Below, piece after piece: positions 39,371 through 40,999 of a stretch of 40,999 bases of DNA (its first letter is position 1; each line of letters begins with the position of its first letter). The notes beneath the pieces were generated by a model. The model searched no databases and was not told the DNA's origin. It worked only from the letters and a program-made list of their open reading frames with translations. Both the position numbers and the translations under genes were made by a program. This DNA is from a virus: the IMG/VR virus record IMGVR_UViG_3300045988_161129. One strand, 5' to 3'.

Positions 39371-40870
39371 TTATTTCGATTTTACGTTAAATATTTCAAG
39401 GTCAAGCGTCCATTTGTTGGCCGTGCCGCTCCATACGGCTGTACCCCTGTGCATTGCTCCTGCGGCGCATGAAGTATTACCGCCCATGCCCATGTTATTT
39501 GAGATGATAGGCAGATTTGAGGTGGTGGAGCTCTCGGTACACCATTGCGCTGTCAAACCCGCCGTACCGGCGTTGTAATACTCGACCTCGATTTTGTCCC
39601 CATCGTTTGCCGTGTCGGGCAACTTAAGGGTTATTGCCGCCGTTGCGGATATTTTATAGTGCTTTCCCACCTCAAGCACGGAGGGGAGAGTGGTTGCAAC
39701 AGGTAGGTGAGCCGAATCATAATTGAGCCATACAAGGGCACGGTTTTTAATGACGAAGATCATCGGAATGTCGGCATTGATTACACCCGCCGCAAAGCTT
39801 ATAACAGTTTTACCTCCGACATATGCAGCGAGTGTAAATTCCGCGCTGCCGCCCGATGCTTTGACTTTGACCGTCCCTGCGGTGTTGGTTCCTCTTGCGA
39901 GTTTTATAGAGAAAATCCCGCTTGCGTTATATCCGCTCGGAGGGGTAAAGGTAATAACATTGTTGCTTATTGCGCCCGAATAGGGAATAAGCGCGTCATC
40001 GAGTGTTTTTACCGTGCCGTTATTTGCAACGCTAAGGCCTTTACTTGTCTTAAGCTTGTTGTTTTCGTCAAAGCTGTCCGAGCTTGTTCGAATAAAAACA
40101 TCGTTGTCAAACGCATTTATCCAAATCGCCGTTTCGGAGGATATAAGCCAAAGACAAACAAGCTGCCCGTTGCGAATACGCCTGAGCGAAACGTCATCCG
40201 CAAAACTTCCGTCGGGATTTACCGTCTTGACCTTAACAAAACCACCGTCGGCAAAATACAGAGTTAATTCTCCATTGCCTGAGGCCTCCGTTTTGCCCGA
40301 TTTGGGGTTTATCCATATAACTTTATTACTGACGGTGCTTTTGCTTGCTATGGCTACTGTCAGCGCGTCAGGGGTACCGTTTGAGTCCTCCCAAACGCGG
40401 TTATAAAACTCGGCCGTTGCGGCAGCGTCGACAAGTGCCTTGAATTCGTCTGCCGAAGTTACCGTTCCGGGAGTTGTCCCCGTTTCAACGGTTTGAATTA
40501 TGAAGGGTGCCGACTCAAGCTTGTAAGAGAGTGCAGAACCTTCACCGCCGTTGCTTTGATACAAAATTACCGTTCCTTCATAAGCGGAGACATTTGTTTT
40601 CATGAACACGGGAATTTCTGCGACAAACTTCCCGTTGACATATTCACAGCTTACCGTTGCGATAACATTTTTTGCTCCGCCGGATGTGTAGGATATGATC
40701 ATTAAAGCGTTTGTATCGTCATCGAACGTCAACGACACGCCTCCGCTTTTTGGTGTCATCACAAACATTCTGCTATCTGTGTCGGTCGAAATAAGATTTA
40801 TAACGGGAGCGGTGCTTGCCGTGCCTTTAAAATCAATGTCAAACCGATAAATGACCTTTTTTTCTTCCAT
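39371..40870 (-). CDS. Receptor-binding / tail fibre-type protein candidate (499 aa)
   Basis: Beta-rich ORF at the start of the unit that contains the lysis genes. The N-terminus FDIDFKGTASTAPVINLISTDTDSRMFVMTPKSGGVSL resembles BppU-type N-domains. Confidence 0.45.
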   Translation of the reverse strand: MEEKKVIYRFDIDFKGTASTAPVINLISTDTDSRMFVMTPKSGGVSLTFDDDTNALMIISYTSGGAKNVIATVSCEYVNGKFVAEIPVFMKTNVSAYEGTVILYQSNGGEGSALSYKLESAPFIIQTVETGTTPGTVTSADEFKALVDAAATAEFYNRVWEDSNGTPDALTVAIASKSTVSNKVIWINPKSGKTEASGNGELTLYFADGGFVKVKTVNPDGSFADDVSLRRIRNGQLVCLWLISSETAIWINAFDNDVFIRTSSDSFDENNKLKTSKGLSVANNGTVKTLDDALIPYSGAISNNVITFTPPSGYNASGIFSIKLARGTNTAGTVKVKASGGSAEFTLAAYVGGKTVISFAAGVINADIPMIFVIKNRALVWLNYDSAHLPVATTLPSVLEVGKHYKISATAAITLKLPDTANDGDKIEVEYYNAGTAGLTAQWCTESSTTSNLPIISNNMGMGGNTSCAAGAMHRGTAVWSGTANKWTLDLEIFNVKSK

Positions 40871-40892
40871 TTTTCATCACCTCGTTATATTA

Positions 40893-40919
40893 AAAGGGAA
40901 CCTTTTTTAGGTTCCCTTT
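40893..40919 (-). terminator. Stem-loop (10-bp perfect stem aaagggaacc / ggttcccttt, 7-nt loop) directly after the giant gene stop
   Basis: Perfect inverted repeat 40893-40902 / 40910-40919. On the minus strand the stem ends in TTT followed by TAATAT. It sits in the 54-nt gap before the next gene. Confidence 0.6.
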
Positions 40920-40923
40920 AAAA

Positions 40924-40999
40924 CTATTTTTGCCTTTCGGCGTATTCTTTGGCTCTCTTTTCCTGGTTTGCGTCCTCGTCGGCGGAGTCCCTCCATTTT
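40924..40999 (-). CDS. 3-prime end of the giant gene after wrap-around (...EKRAKE-YAERQK-stop). Bases 40945-40999 duplicate 1-55
   Basis: Continuing the frame from position 1 into 40944 gives tac gcc gaa agg caa aaa TAG (stop at 40924-40926). A hairpin follows immediately. Confidence 0.75.
   Translation of the reverse strand, partial: KWRDSADEDANQEKRAKEYAERQK
40945..40999. repeat. Terminal overlap copy 2 (identical to 1-55)
   Basis: The same 55-mer as bases 1-55. This is typical of a circular contig closed by a k-mer overlap, though a short genuine terminal repeat cannot be excluded. Confidence 0.95.

Larger units (their letters stand above)
1..40999. mobile_element. Complete circular temperate phage genome (unique length 40,944 bp) with integrase, repressor-type HTH genes, packaging, capsid and lysis modules
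   Basis: There is an exact 55-nt overlap between the two window ends. A full set of phage modules is present. The giant ORF reads in frame across the junction. Confidence 0.85.

Overview
The window is a complete, circularly closed temperate phage or excised prophage genome. Bases 1-55 recur exactly at 40945-40999, so the unique length is 40,944 bp. About 85% of the coding runs on the minus strand as one long programme. It starts at a divergent regulatory region (30.9-31.1 kb) and runs through an early, recombination and replication block (30.9 -> 22.0 kb). That block has an excisionase-type HTH, Gp157-like protein, Rad52-type annealase, NinB-like protein, replisome organizer with internal iterons, SSB, VRR-NUC nuclease, two DNA methyltransferases and many small Cys-rich ORFs. 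Next come a late regulator, TerS/TerL, portal, a phage-encoded Prp-type protease, scaffold, an N4-gp56-type major capsid protein and four structural genes. The block ends in one giant gene: ATG at 11010, running off the window start and finishing at 40924 (3,676 codons, 27% of the genome). The supplied ORF track omits this gene because it has no stop inside the window; I translated it by hand and found it open throughout. It carries a HExxH metallopeptidase motif, an ADP-ribosyltransferase-like segment and a duplicated nuclease-like module. That makes it look like an injected polyvalent effector protein sitting where N4-like phages carry their giant virion RNA polymerase. After a terminator come a receptor-binding-type protein, an M15 endolysin with a dockerin-like tail, holins, and a cargo region next to attP. 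The plus strand carries the lysogeny module (31.1-36.0 kb): three XRE-type HTH proteins (one membrane-anchored), zinc-ribbon membrane proteins and a tyrosine integrase. The integrase is followed by a tRNA 3-prime fragment flanked by 12-bp arm-type repeats, which I take to be attP. No tape measure, sheath or tail tube genes are visible, so a podovirus-like virion is likely. No CRISPR array, rRNA or complete tRNA gene was found. All family assignments come from motif recognition by eye, with no database search, and should be treated as hypotheses.
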